Assembly (NCBI RefSeq): GCF_049075655.1
Contig: NZ_CP157522.1
Coordinates: forward strand, 736,001-800,000
Direction of reading: 5' to 3'
DNA: 64,000 nt
Origin: Methanothermococcus sp. Ax23
GTDB lineage: Archaea; AGJL01; Methanococci; Methanococcales; Methanococcaceae
In this document: piece after piece, positions 1 to 9,726 of the stretch
How the letters are laid out: each line of letters starts with the position of its first letter
How positions within the stretch are numbered: position 1 is the first letter of the stretch
Program-made: the position numbers and the translations under genes
The notes under the pieces: model-generated
What the model was told of the DNA's origin: nothing
Seen by the model: the letters and a program-made list of their open reading frames with translations, nothing else
The model's database searches: none

Positions 1-956
1 ATATTTTCAATTATGTAGTGGTTTTTTATCTTTCTAATATTCATTCTATTTTTTATTTCAAAAGTTTTTATTTTATCAATAATATATTCACAATCAACAA
101 AATTTTCACATATATTTAGAGCGAATAGGGAATCTTCTATATAATGAGCTCCGAATATGTATTTGCTAAACTCGATGGTTTTGTTGTTGTATTTATATTT
201 TAAAGGATATTTTGATATAATTTCAGCATTTTCTGAGTTTATAATTGTTAAATTGTTTTGGGATGAATTAATATTTTTAATATTTTTAACCACAGCAGTT
301 TTACCGCATTTATCAAGAATATTTTTGTTAATATATCCTTTATCGGCGTTTTTTAAAGTTGATAATTTGGCAGTAAGTGCATTTCTTCTACCGCCACCAA
401 TTGGATAGTTTTCCAACACATTTGTAAGAGCTCCGTATCCACATGCTGTAATTCCCAAGGATACTTCAAATATAAATAAATCATAGAAATCAAGATTATT
501 AGCTTCATTTAATTTATTGATATGATTTAATATAGATACAGGAGTGATAGAACCTTTATTGCTATTGTTTAGAAAGATATTATAGTCATCCTTTAATATA
601 TGGTGTAGGAGCTCTGTTGTTGTGGTCTTTCCCTTCACTCCTGTAATTTCTATGAACTTTTTATATATGTTTCCGTATTTTTTATAGATGAGCTCCGAAA
701 CTGCATCATGAAAAGAGATAAAATCATAGTCAATAGGACAGTGAATTGGGGCAATAACATTATCGTATTTTTCAAAATCTGGTTTTTCTTTTGATGATAT
801 TAGACTTATATTCTCAATAGAATAATTTAAATTTTTTAAAAAATCTTTATCTTTTTCCAATTTTCCATAAATATCCCAAACAGAGACATTATGTCCTAAA
901 TCAATATATTCTTTTGCAATGTCCAATGCACCATGATTTACATCAATTATAAGCAT
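1..956 (-). CDS. cfbE: Coenzyme F430 synthetase (MurD-like ligase), runs off the window start
   Basis: Manual translation from ATG at 956: MLIIDVNHGALDIAKEY..., Mur-ligase P-loop FIEITGVKGKTTTTELL; not in the ORF track because it is truncated. Confidence 0.75.
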   Translation of the reverse strand, partial: MLIIDVNHGALDIAKEYIDLGHNVSVWDIYGKLEKDKDFLKNLNYSIENISLISSKEKPDFEKYDNVIAPIHCPIDYDFISFHDAVSELIYKKYGNIYKKFIEITGVKGKTTTTELLHHILKDDYNIFLNNSNKGSITPVSILNHINKLNEANNLDFYDLFIFEVSLGITACGYGALTNVLENYPIGGGRRNALTAKLSTLKNADKGYINKNILDKCGKTAVVKNIKNINSSQNNLTIINSENAEIISKYPLKYKYNNKTIEFSKYIFGAHYIEDSLFALNICENFVDCEYIIDKIKTFEIKNRMNIRKIKNHYIIEN

Positions 957-974
957 TATATCACTTGTATTATT

Positions 975-1628
975 TTAAATCTTTTTGAGTAGTTCCTCTG
1001 GATATTTTGTTAAAGTATTTTCCAGCTCCTTATTACTCATTCCACATCCTAAACCAACCTTTTTTGCAAAGTCAATATCTATTAAATCAGAAGGTGCATG
1101 TGTGTCGGTATTTATCAGCGTAGGTATGTTATACTTCCTTGCAACATTTAAAACATGCCCATTTGTTAAAGAGTGCCCTCTTCTTGAAGTAATCTCTAAG
1201 AATATGCCATTTTCCTTAACATTTTGTGCAGTTTCATCATCTATTATTCCCGGATGTGCCAAAATATCCACATCTTCGGATATGGATGCGCAGTAATTGG
1301 TTCCTTCCTCAACAGGTTCCACAACCGTTTCTCCATGAACAACCACAATTTCAGCACCAATGTCTTTACATTTTTTAGCCATCTTTGGAATGGATTTTGC
1401 AGGAATATGTGTGAGCTCTATACCTACTATAAGTTGAATATCCCAGTAGTTTTTTAATTCTTCTTTTGCAAGAATGGTTTTTTCAATGAGCTCCTTATAG
1501 TTGCTCGCATCCCCATGGTCAGTAATTGCTATTGTCTTATGGTTCAAAACTTTTGCCCTTCTGACGAGCTCGGATGGTATCAATTCTCCGTCGCTAAAAA
1601 CTGTATGGGTATGAAAGTCGTATCTCAA
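975..1628 (-). CDS. PHP-domain phosphoesterase
   Basis: YDFHTHT, AITDH and NTDTH PHP metal-binding motifs. Confidence 0.85.
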   Translation of the reverse strand: MRYDFHTHTVFSDGELIPSELVRRAKVLNHKTIAITDHGDASNYKELIEKTILAKEELKNYWDIQLIVGIELTHIPAKSIPKMAKKCKDIGAEIVVVHGETVVEPVEEGTNYCASISEDVDILAHPGIIDDETAQNVKENGIFLEITSRRGHSLTNGHVLNVARKYNIPTLINTDTHAPSDLIDIDFAKKVGLGCGMSNKELENTLTKYPEELLKKI

Positions 1629-1787
1629 TGTATCACCAAAATATTTATAGGATAATAAGGATTGATAGAATTAACCAATAATTAATAAAAATATAAAAAT
1701 AAAAAGTCATATATACTATTTTTGATGATTAGAATGTAATTATTATTTTTTAACATGTAGATTACGATAAATTAATAGGTGAAGAAC

Positions 1788-2780
1788 ATGTATAAAATAT
1801 GCGTAATTGAAGGAGATGGAATAGGAAAAGAAGTAGTTCCAGCAACAGTTAATGTTTTAAAGGCAACAGGAATTGATTTTGAATTTGTTCATGCTGAGGC
1901 AGGAGATGAAGTCTTTGAAAAAACAGGAGTGGCTCTTCCAGAAGAAACTGTGGAAATAGCAAAGGAATGCGATGCTGTTTTATTCGGTGCAGCAGGGGAA
2001 ACTGCCGCTGATGTGATTGTTAAGTTGAGAAAAATATTAAATACCTATGCAAATGTTAGACCTGTTAAGGCATACAAGGGGATAAACTGCTTAAAGGACA
2101 ATATCGACTACATAATAGTTAGAGAAAACACAGAAGGTTTATACAAAGGTATAGAGGCAGAAGTGGCAGATGGCGTTTATACTGCAACAAGGGTAATCAC
2201 AAGAGATGCATGTGAAAAAATATTCAAATTTGCATTTGAAATGGCAAAGGATAGAAAAAAGCAGGGGAAAGAAGGAAAAGTTACATGCTCACACAAGGCA
2301 AATGTTTTGAAATTAACAGATGGAGTATTTAAAAGCGTATTCTATGAAGTTGCAAAGGACTATCCAGAGATAGAGGCAAACGACTTCTACATCGATGCTA
2401 TGAATATGTATGCAATTACAAGACCTGAAACCTTTGATGTTGTTGTTACCTCAAACTTATTTGGAGATATTTTATCAGATGGTGCCGCAGGAACAGTAGG
2501 AGGTCTTGGAATGGCTCCTTCCGCAAATATTGGTGATAAATACGGATTGTTCGAACCTGTTCATGGTTCAGCTCCAGACATTGCTGGAAAAGGTATAGCA
2601 AATCCAACAGCAACAATATTAACAGGAGTTTTAATGTTGAGATATTTTGGAGAAAACGATGCCGCGGATAGAGTAGAGAAGGCATTGGAAGAGGTTCTTG
2701 AAAACAAATTAACAACACCTGATTTGGGCGGAACATTGACAACATTTGAAATGGCAGAGGAGGTTGCTAAGAGGGTGTAA
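1788..2780 (+). CDS. leuB: 3-isopropylmalate dehydrogenase
   Basis: GDGIGKEV, RENTEG, FEPVHGSAPDIAG; GAAGETAADVIVKLR fits the methanococcal LeuB rather than AksF. Confidence 0.85.
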   Translation: MYKICVIEGDGIGKEVVPATVNVLKATGIDFEFVHAEAGDEVFEKTGVALPEETVEIAKECDAVLFGAAGETAADVIVKLRKILNTYANVRPVKAYKGINCLKDNIDYIIVRENTEGLYKGIEAEVADGVYTATRVITRDACEKIFKFAFEMAKDRKKQGKEGKVTCSHKANVLKLTDGVFKSVFYEVAKDYPEIEANDFYIDAMNMYAITRPETFDVVVTSNLFGDILSDGAAGTVGGLGMAPSANIGDKYGLFEPVHGSAPDIAGKGIANPTATILTGVLMLRYFGENDAADRVEKALEEVLENKLTTPDLGGTLTTFEMAEEVAKRV

Positions 2781-2858
2781 TATTATAATACAAAAATAAA
2801 AAATAAAATTAAATAGAAAGATTGATGTAAAACTAAAATGAATAGAATTGGTGATAAA

Positions 2859-3590
2859 ATGGACATGAATATTAACGAAATATTAAAAAAAGAACCTTTA
2901 TACAGTGGAAAGGCAAAATCCATATATGAAATAGATGATGATAAGGTTTTGATTGAATTCAGAGATGATATTACAGCAGGAAATGGGGAAAAGCACGATG
3001 TGAAAAAGGGAAAAGGCCACCTAAATGCCTTAATATCTTCAAAATTATTCAAACTTTTAAATGAAAATAATGTTCCTACACATTTCATAGAATACATTGA
3101 GCCAATCTACATGATTGCTAAAAATGTGGAAATCATACCAATTGAAGTTATAGTTAGAAATATTGCCGCAGGGAGCTTATGCAGAAGATACCCATTTGAA
3201 GAAGGTAAGGAGTTGGCTACTCCTATTGTGCAGTTTGATTATAAAAATGACGACTACGGAGACCCCATGTTAAACGATGACATAGCTCTTGCTTTAAACC
3301 TTGCAACAGAGGAAGAATTAAAAGAATTAAAAGAATTGGCATTAAAGGTAAATGAAACTCTAAAAAAATTCTTTGATGAAAAGGGCATAATCCTTGTAGA
3401 TTTCAAAATCGAGATTGGAAGAACAAAAGATGGAAAATTAGTAGTTGCAGATGAAATAAGCCCAGATACAATGAGATTATGGGACAAGGAAACGAAGGAT
3501 GTTCTTGATAAGGATGTTTATAGAAAGGACATGGGAGATGTTGTTGGAAAATACGAAGTTGTAGCAAAAAGAATAGGATGTATGGAATAA
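2859..3590 (+). CDS. purC: SAICAR synthetase
   Basis: LYSGKAKSIY, DFKIEIG, ADEISPDTMRLWD. Confidence 0.95.
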   Translation: MDMNINEILKKEPLYSGKAKSIYEIDDDKVLIEFRDDITAGNGEKHDVKKGKGHLNALISSKLFKLLNENNVPTHFIEYIEPIYMIAKNVEIIPIEVIVRNIAAGSLCRRYPFEEGKELATPIVQFDYKNDDYGDPMLNDDIALALNLATEEELKELKELALKVNETLKKFFDEKGIILVDFKIEIGRTKDGKLVVADEISPDTMRLWDKETKDVLDKDVYRKDMGDVVGKYEVVAKRIGCME

Positions 3591-3604
3591 GGAGGTAATA
3601 TAAA

Positions 3605-3853
3605 ATGTATAAAGCAACAGTTGTAATTAAATTAAAAAAAGGAGTTTTAAACCCAGAAGGTAGAACAGTTTTGAGAGCTCTGAACTTCTTAGGATACGAT
3701 GAAGTAAAGGATGCAAAAACCTTCAAGTGTGTAGAGCTCATGGTTGAAGGGGATGATGAAAATAAGGTAATGGAAAGAGTGGAAGAAATGTGTAAAAAAT
3801 TATTGGCAAATCCTGTAATTCATGATTATGAAATTAAATTGGAAGAGATTTAA
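3605..3853 (+). CDS. purS: FGAM synthase subunit PurS
   Basis: LNPEG...LLANPVIHDY; directly after purC. Confidence 0.95.
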   Translation: MYKATVVIKLKKGVLNPEGRTVLRALNFLGYDEVKDAKTFKCVELMVEGDDENKVMERVEEMCKKLLANPVIHDYEIKLEEI

Positions 3854-4164
3854 TGAGCTCATTCTTTAGTAAATCTTAATTGCTGCTCATGAAATTTTTT
3901 AAAAAATTAAGTTTTTAATTTGATATTTGTATATTTTTTATATGATATAAAATTTCCAATATTTTTTTGACCATTTTTTAATCAAAAGACTTTATATTTT
4001 TAGGTTATCTATAGTGGAAAGATATGTAACATATATTTGAAATATTATATTGGGATGTATTAATTCAATATTAACTATTAGTAAGTAATAAATATGCTGG
4101 AAGATGAAAATGATGATAAATAATATTAAAAATTATATGACTTATAGCATTGAATCGTGAGAAC

Positions 4165-4770
4165 ATGACTACCCACATAATAAACATAGGATATAGTATA
4201 GAACATGCATATAAACCAATTGCTGAATTTGGAGCAAAAAAGGTTATTATTATATATGCAAAGGATAATGAAGAGTATCTTACTGAAAAAGACCACAAAA
4301 CAATAGATAATGCGGTTAAAAAGGCAGAGGATTTATGCAAAATGCTTGGTATTGAATGTGAAAAAGTGAAAGTAACTGGTATTGAATTTGAGAAGAATGT
4401 TGAAATATTTAGAGAGATTATAAAAAAAGAAGATGATAATATTATTGTAAATTTAACTGGCGGGAGAAAAGTAACTTCTTTTGCATTATTGTATGCTTCC
4501 CTCTATGAGTTTCAGAAAATCGATAAAATTGTTTATGTACATGATAAGAGAATATTGGAATTTCCAAAAATAACTCACCCCTACAATTTAACAAAATTTG
4601 AGAGGAATATATTGGCATCATTAAATGAAGGAGAAAAAACAATTACTGATTTAGCGAAGGAATTTAATGTATCTCTTCCTGCAATTATTAAATATATAAA
4701 TTCATTAGAAGAGAAAAAACTTATAAAAACATATAAAATGGGAAGAAAGAGGATTGTAAATATAATATAA
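4165..4770 (+). CDS. CARF plus winged-HTH transcriptional regulator (Csa3-like)
   Basis: N-terminal Rossmann-like region with NLTGGRK motif; C-terminal HTH (TITDLAKEFNVSLPAIIKYINSLEEKKLI). Confidence 0.7.
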   Translation: MTTHIINIGYSIEHAYKPIAEFGAKKVIIIYAKDNEEYLTEKDHKTIDNAVKKAEDLCKMLGIECEKVKVTGIEFEKNVEIFREIIKKEDDNIIVNLTGGRKVTSFALLYASLYEFQKIDKIVYVHDKRILEFPKITHPYNLTKFERNILASLNEGEKTITDLAKEFNVSLPAIIKYINSLEEKKLIKTYKMGRKRIVNII

Positions 4771-4804
4771 TCACTAAAATCATTTTTTTAAATTCAAAAA
4801 AAGG

Positions 4805-4877
4805 GGCCGGGACCGGGAATCGAACCCGGGTCAGGGGATCCACAGTCCCCCAGGATAGCCACTACCCCACCCCGGCC
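4805..4877 (-). tRNA. tRNA-His(GUG)
   Basis: Cloverleaf; anticodon arm GGGGA-CTGTGGA-TCCCC; encoded G-1. Confidence 0.95.
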
Positions 4878-4949
4878 ACAATAAAAAAGCAATTAATGGT
4901 TGCAGTAGGGCATACTGTTATAAGTTCCATCCCTACCCCAAATAAATAG

Positions 4950-5034
4950 TGCAGGGGCAGGGATTTGAACCCTGGAACCACTATTGGACAGGATTCTAAG
5001 TCCTGCGTCTTTGGCCAGGCTCGACAACCCCTGC
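4950..5034 (-). tRNA. tRNA-Leu(UAG)
   Basis: Anticodon loop CTTAGAA; long variable arm; GGTTCAAATCC T-arm. Confidence 0.95.
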
Positions 5035-5048
5035 ATAGAGAATTAAAG

Positions 5049-5123
5049 TGCTCCAGCCGGGATTTGAACCCGAGTCGCGGGCTCGAAAGGCCCGCATGAT
5101 TGGCCGGACTACACCACTGGAGC
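5049..5123 (-). tRNA. tRNA-Glu(UUC)
   Basis: Anticodon loop CTTTCGA; cloverleaf. Confidence 0.95.
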
Positions 5124-5134
5124 ATTGCTATTTA

Positions 5135-5209
5135 TGGGACCGAAGGGATTTGAACCCTTGACCACTCGGTTATGAGCCGAGCGCTCCAACCAGGCTGAGC
5201 TACGGTCCC
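5135..5209 (-). tRNA. tRNA with CAU anticodon (probably Ile2)
   Basis: CTCGG-CTCATAA-CCGAG anticodon arm, typical of archaeal tRNA-Ile2. Confidence 0.9.
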
Positions 5210-5235
5210 ATAATATTTATAAGTTCATAAAAAAA

Positions 5236-5311
5236 TGGCGCCCCCAGCAGGACTCGAACCTGCGACCTACGGATTAACAGTCCGTCGCTCTACCTACTAA
5301 GCTATGGGGGC
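5236..5311 (-). tRNA. tRNA-Asn(GUU)
   Basis: Anticodon loop CTGTTAA; encoded CCA. Confidence 0.95.
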
Positions 5312-5355
5312 TCTTGCAATTTATCTTATTTGCACAATAACAATTTAGCTTCTAC

Positions 5356-5388
5356 TATATAAACTTTTCGGCGAAAAGTATATATATG
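5356..5388. promoter_or_regulatory. Back-to-back BRE-TATA promoters for the tRNA operon (-) and tRNA-Phe (+)
   Basis: CGAAAAGTTTATATA on - and CGAAAAGTATATATA on +, abutting. Confidence 0.8.
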
Positions 5389-5429
5389 ATGAATACATTG
5401 TTTAGTTTGGAATTGTAAGCAATGTAATT

Positions 5430-5503
5430 GCCGTGGTAGTTCAGCCTGGGAGAACGCTGGACTGAAGATCCAGTTGTCGGGTGTTCAAATCACCCCCACG
5501 GCA
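5430..5503 (+). tRNA. tRNA-Phe(GAA)
   Basis: CTGGA-CTGAAGA-TCCAG anticodon arm. Confidence 0.95.
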
Positions 5504-5589
5504 TATTTTTTTAGAGATATTAATTTATAGATTTAAATATTATATAAACAATGGAATTTTATAAATAATTCACTAAATCGGTGTTTATA

Positions 5590-6615
5590 ATGTTCTCAAT
5601 ACCTCATCCTGGAAACTTTGAAAGCTTGGTTGCCATTATAAATGAAATAAAAAAATACAGAAAAAATAGTAAAAATAGTAAAAATGGCAAAAAGAATCTA
5701 ACATTTAAAAAAGATAAATTTGAAGTGTATTTGGGATATGCCGATTTTATAGGCACTGGGAGGGCCACATTATACAGACCGGCTATTGACGATATTAAGA
5801 GACAGGTAGAATATGCCCATAAGAATAAAGTAAGGTTTGAGATTGCCATAAACTCCGCATGTATGGGAGCTCTACATTTAACCCCAAAGGGAATCGACTA
5901 TATAAAAAATTTATTTAATATATTTGCAGATATTAATATAGACAGTATAACCCTTGCAGACCCATATTTGATTGATTTAGCAAATGACTGCGGTTTAAAG
6001 GTAAATGTATCCTGTATATCCTTGGTTGATAGTCCCCAAAAGGCAGAGTTCTATGACAGCAAAGAGGTTTATGCCATCACCCTTGATAGCTCAATAAATC
6101 GGCATTTTGATATCATTGAAAACATAAGGGATTCTGTATCCTGTAAATTGAAGATTCTTGTTAATGAGGCATGTTTATACAAATGTCCTATGAGAGCTCA
6201 GCACTTCAATTTCTTTTCCCATGCAAATATGCAGAATATTCCTGTTTTAGATGATTACTACTACAACAGATGTATAAATATGAGAGTTAGGGATAAGGAA
6301 TTGATAATAAAAAGCCCATTTATCAGACCGGAGGATTTAAAGGAATACGATAAACTGGTGGATATTTATAAATTATCTGGGAGAAGCCATCCAATTGGCT
6401 GGATAAAAAGGGTTTTAAATGCTTATTTAAATAGAAACTATGATGGAAATCTTATGGAAATTCTCGATTGTCCAAGGGAGCTCGAAAGTCATTACTATAT
6501 TGATAACAAATTATTGGGCGGGGCAATTGAAAAATGGAAAACCTGCGATAAATTCTGCAATAAATGTAACTACTGTAAAAATTTAGCGGAAAATGTAATT
6601 GCGGTGAAAAAATGA
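5590..6615 (+). CDS. Peptidase U32 family Fe-S protein
   Basis: NEACLYKCP, YKLSGRS, C-terminal CDKFCNKCNYC. Confidence 0.75.
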   Translation: MFSIPHPGNFESLVAIINEIKKYRKNSKNSKNGKKNLTFKKDKFEVYLGYADFIGTGRATLYRPAIDDIKRQVEYAHKNKVRFEIAINSACMGALHLTPKGIDYIKNLFNIFADINIDSITLADPYLIDLANDCGLKVNVSCISLVDSPQKAEFYDSKEVYAITLDSSINRHFDIIENIRDSVSCKLKILVNEACLYKCPMRAQHFNFFSHANMQNIPVLDDYYYNRCINMRVRDKELIIKSPFIRPEDLKEYDKLVDIYKLSGRSHPIGWIKRVLNAYLNRNYDGNLMEILDCPRELESHYYIDNKLLGGAIEKWKTCDKFCNKCNYCKNLAENVIAVKK

Positions 6616-7046
6616 GTAATTGTAATGATAATAATGATAATAGTATCAATACTGCCAACGGTAAAACCATTAAAGAACTTATAAAAAAGGATAGACGAGA
6701 TTTTGAGGAATTTTTATCAAAATCTTTTGGAAAAAATGTTTTCGTTCCTGAAATGGATGTTTTTTCATCAAAATGCGGATGCTATGGAATAATGATAATG
6801 GTAAGAGGGGTCTTAATCGATGAAGCGGATGTTTTTAAAAATAGGATTATAAAAAAACTTGAAGAGATATCGAATAATTATGGAATAAACGCCAATTGGA
6901 TATTTATAAGAATTATACCGTCAAGTGAGGATGTAATATCCTTTGGAATAAGGGAGCTCTGCAACATGTGTAGGGAAGAATACAATTCAAATAAACCAAG
7001 ACCTGATTTAATTACATTAAAATTAGCGATAGATGATAATAAATGA
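6612..7046 (+). CDS. Conserved Cys-containing methanogen protein (DUF5402-like)
   Basis: EMDVFSSKCGCYGIMI, LCNMC; ATGA overlap with the U32 gene. Confidence 0.55.
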   Translation: MSNCNDNNDNSINTANGKTIKELIKKDRRDFEEFLSKSFGKNVFVPEMDVFSSKCGCYGIMIMVRGVLIDEADVFKNRIIKKLEEISNNYGINANWIFIRIIPSSEDVISFGIRELCNMCREEYNSNKPRPDLITLKLAIDDNK

Positions 7047-7181
7047 ATAGACAATAAAAATAATAATAAGAAATCAGATTAACAGATAAACAATGGATAA
7101 TGGATGAAATAATAAGAATAAAAGATAATAAATATAATAAAAAAATAATACGGACATAGGAAGGTAATTTTTGGTGATAGA

Positions 7182-8021
7182 ATGGTTAGAAAATTTTGCG
7201 TCTATGGAAAAGGGGGAATTGGAAAATCCACAAATGTATCAAACATAGCTGCGGCACTTGCCGAATCTGGTAAAAAAGTAATGGTCATAGGATGCGACCC
7301 AAAAGCAGATTCAACCAGAAACTTAATGGGAAGGAAAATTCCAACTGTTTTGGATGTTTTCAGAAAAAAAGGAGCAGATATAAAACTTGAAGATATAGTT
7401 TTTGAAGGATTTAGTGGAACCTACTGCATTGAAAGTGGAGGACCTGAACCAGGTGTGGGATGTGCAGGAAGAGGAGTAATTACGGCAATAGATATGCTGA
7501 ATAAATTGGGAGCATTTGAAACTTTAAATCCCGATGTAATTATTTACGATATATTGGGGGATGTTGTATGCGGTGGATTTGCCATGCCACTACAAAAACA
7601 CCTTGCAGATGATGTTTATATTATTACAACATGCGACCCCATGGCAATTTATGCGGCAAATAATATCTGCAAAGGGATAAGAAGGTATGCAAATAGAGGA
7701 AAAGTGGCACTGGGGGGAATTGTATATAATGGAAGAAGTGTAATAGACGAGCCATCCATTGTGGAGGAGTTTGCTTCAAAAATTGGAACAAATATTATGG
7801 GGAAGGTTCCAATGAGCAATATCATTACAAAGGCGGAAATTTACAAAAAAACTGTAATAGAATATGCACCAGATAGCGAGGTTGCAGATGTTTTTAGAGA
7901 GCTCGCAGATACAATTTATAAAAATGATAAGAAAGTTATTCCAAATCCTTTATCTGAGGAAGGAATCGATGAGATTACTGAGAGAATAGATGATTTGTTA
8001 AAAGAGAAAATAGACGAATAG
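7182..8021 (+). CDS. cfbC: Ni-sirohydrochlorin a,c-diamide reductive cyclase Fe protein (NifH-like)
   Basis: [35 protein letters not shown]; methanococcal NflH-type sequence with no nifDK nearby. Confidence 0.85.
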   Translation: MVRKFCVYGKGGIGKSTNVSNIAAALAESGKKVMVIGCDPKADSTRNLMGRKIPTVLDVFRKKGADIKLEDIVFEGFSGTYCIESGGPEPGVGCAGRGVITAIDMLNKLGAFETLNPDVIIYDILGDVVCGGFAMPLQKHLADDVYIITTCDPMAIYAANNICKGIRRYANRGKVALGGIVYNGRSVIDEPSIVEEFASKIGTNIMGKVPMSNIITKAEIYKKTVIEYAPDSEVADVFRELADTIYKNDKKVIPNPLSEEGIDEITERIDDLLKEKIDE

Positions 8022-8071
8022 TTGCAGCATTTGATTTTTTCTATTTTTATAACCTACTTCCCATTTAGTTT

Positions 8072-8115
8072 TTGCTTACGAAGTAAGCAAGCAACAAAAA
8101 CCGAAGGTTTTTGTC
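8072..8115. repeat. Palindromic intergenic repeat (methanococcal repetitive-element type)
   Basis: TTGCTTAC-GAA-GTAAGCAA plus AAAAACC-GAA-GGTTTTT; related copies near 20150, 26506 and 40860. Confidence 0.7.
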
Positions 8116-8241
8116 TAATGGTTTTATGGGTGGCACTTATCATATTGATAAAAGTATTTATAATATTATTAAAGAAAATTTACAATTAATTATATAATAA
8201 GTTATAGTATTATAAAATAATAAATAAATTTAAATCGTGAT

Positions 8242-9387
8242 ATGATGTTAAAAACTGAAAATTTAACTGTTGGATATAAAAATTATGTCGTGGTTGAAAA
8301 TGTAAATTTACATATAAAGGAAAGGGAGATATTATGTATCATAGGTCCAAATGGTGCAGGTAAATCCACACTTTTAAAAACCATAGCAACATATTTGAGA
8401 CCTAAAAAGGGAGTGGTTTATTTAAATGGTCAAAATATACATGATTTAACGCCAAAAAAACTTGCAAAGGAAATGGCAGTTGTATTAACTGAAAGAGTAA
8501 ATCCCGGCAATATGACTGGATTTGACATTGTAGCTATTGGAAGGCATCCTTATACAGATTTATTTGGGAGATTAACTGAAAAGGATAAAGAGATAATCAC
8601 ACATGCTGCAAAATCCGTAAATGCTGAGTATCTATTAAATAAAAACTTTTTTGAAATGAGTGATGGAGAACGACAGAAGATAATGATAGCAAGAGCTCTT
8701 GCTCAGGAACCTAATGTTCTCATACTGGATGAACCAACAAGTTTTTTAGATGCAAAACATAAAATTGAACTGACCCTTTTACTGAGAAAACTTGCAACAG
8801 AGAATAATTTAGCAATAATAGTAACACTTCATGATATAGAGCTCGCTTTAAGAATAGCCGATAAGATGGCATTGATAAAAAACCATAGGGTCATAGCATA
8901 CGGGCATCCAGAAGATGTTATGAAAAAAGAAATCGTAAATAATCTTTATGATTTGGACAATGCAAATTACAACGAAATAATAGGTTATTTTGAACTAAAA
9001 AATATAAATTCTGGATTTGAGCATCATAGTAAGATTTTTTTAGTTTGCGGTGCAGGAACTGGGGTTGATGTGTTAAGGTTTCTTACTAAAAACGGGTATA
9101 ATGTGGTTGTTGGAATATTGCATAAAAATGATATAGATTATATTGTGGCAAAAACTATGGAATTGGATATAATATGTGAAGAACCTTATGAACCTATATC
9201 AAATGAAAAATTTGAAAAGGCATTACATGAGCTCCGGGCATCTGATTTAGTTATATATACAGATTTTCCAGTGGGACAAACTAATATCTTAAATAAAAAA
9301 CTTGTTGAACATGCAATTAATGCCAATAAAAATGTTATAAAGTATGATGGGAATATTAAGTCATTAAAAGAAATGATAGGATACTAG
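8242..9387 (+). CDS. Fe-chelate/cobalamin ABC transporter ATP-binding protein
   Basis: GPNGAGKST, MSDGERQK, LILDEPT, H-loop. Confidence 0.9.
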   Translation: MMLKTENLTVGYKNYVVVENVNLHIKEREILCIIGPNGAGKSTLLKTIATYLRPKKGVVYLNGQNIHDLTPKKLAKEMAVVLTERVNPGNMTGFDIVAIGRHPYTDLFGRLTEKDKEIITHAAKSVNAEYLLNKNFFEMSDGERQKIMIARALAQEPNVLILDEPTSFLDAKHKIELTLLLRKLATENNLAIIVTLHDIELALRIADKMALIKNHRVIAYGHPEDVMKKEIVNNLYDLDNANYNEIIGYFELKNINSGFEHHSKIFLVCGAGTGVDVLRFLTKNGYNVVVGILHKNDIDYIVAKTMELDIICEEPYEPISNEKFEKALHELRASDLVIYTDFPVGQTNILNKKLVEHAINANKNVIKYDGNIKSLKEMIGY

Positions 9388-9600
9388 GGGTCTGTCCAAT
9401 GTGAGCGTTGGTGAGTAAATGCCCACATTGGACTTGGGCGTCATCAACCTCATATCCCTCTGGGTTCATTGGGAGCATGTCATCGGTCTCCTCCCCTGTC
9501 GTGGGGACCCAGCTCCACCCATCAATTCGACAATTTGTTGGATGTTTTAACATGTTTAAAAGAGGTTTAGGAAAGTCTTGGGGTTGATTAGATTGGCACT
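9385..9600 (-). ncRNA. Candidate structured ncRNA
   Basis: GC-rich block; 13-bp stem at 9394-9433 whose G-U pair forms only on -; GATGA/TGAG kink-turn-like motifs; BRE-TATA CGAAATGTTTATATA at 9636-9622. Confidence 0.6.
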
Positions 9601-9726
9601 GTAAACTATGCATGAAAATACTATATAAACATTTCGAAAACTAAATGCTCCCATACACTCACAAATACTCACAAAAAACTAAACAGTTTTAAACGGCCAA
9701 AATTTTTTAACTGTTTTTATATGTAT

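Noticed and set aside
4862-5125. 87-aa ORF
   Set aside because: Overlaps tRNA genes.
5662-5688. 9-bp tandem repeat AAAAATAGT in the U32 gene
   Set aside because: In-frame low-complexity KNS repeat with no evidence of phase variation.
7182-8021. Nitrogenase nifH
   Set aside because: No nifDK or nifI nearby; the sequence fits the CfbC/NflH type.
9356-9613. 85-aa ORF, or SRP/RNase P RNA
   Set aside because: The ORF has atypical composition and no RBS and is a by-product of GC-rich structured sequence; SRP and RNase P consensus motifs were not found.
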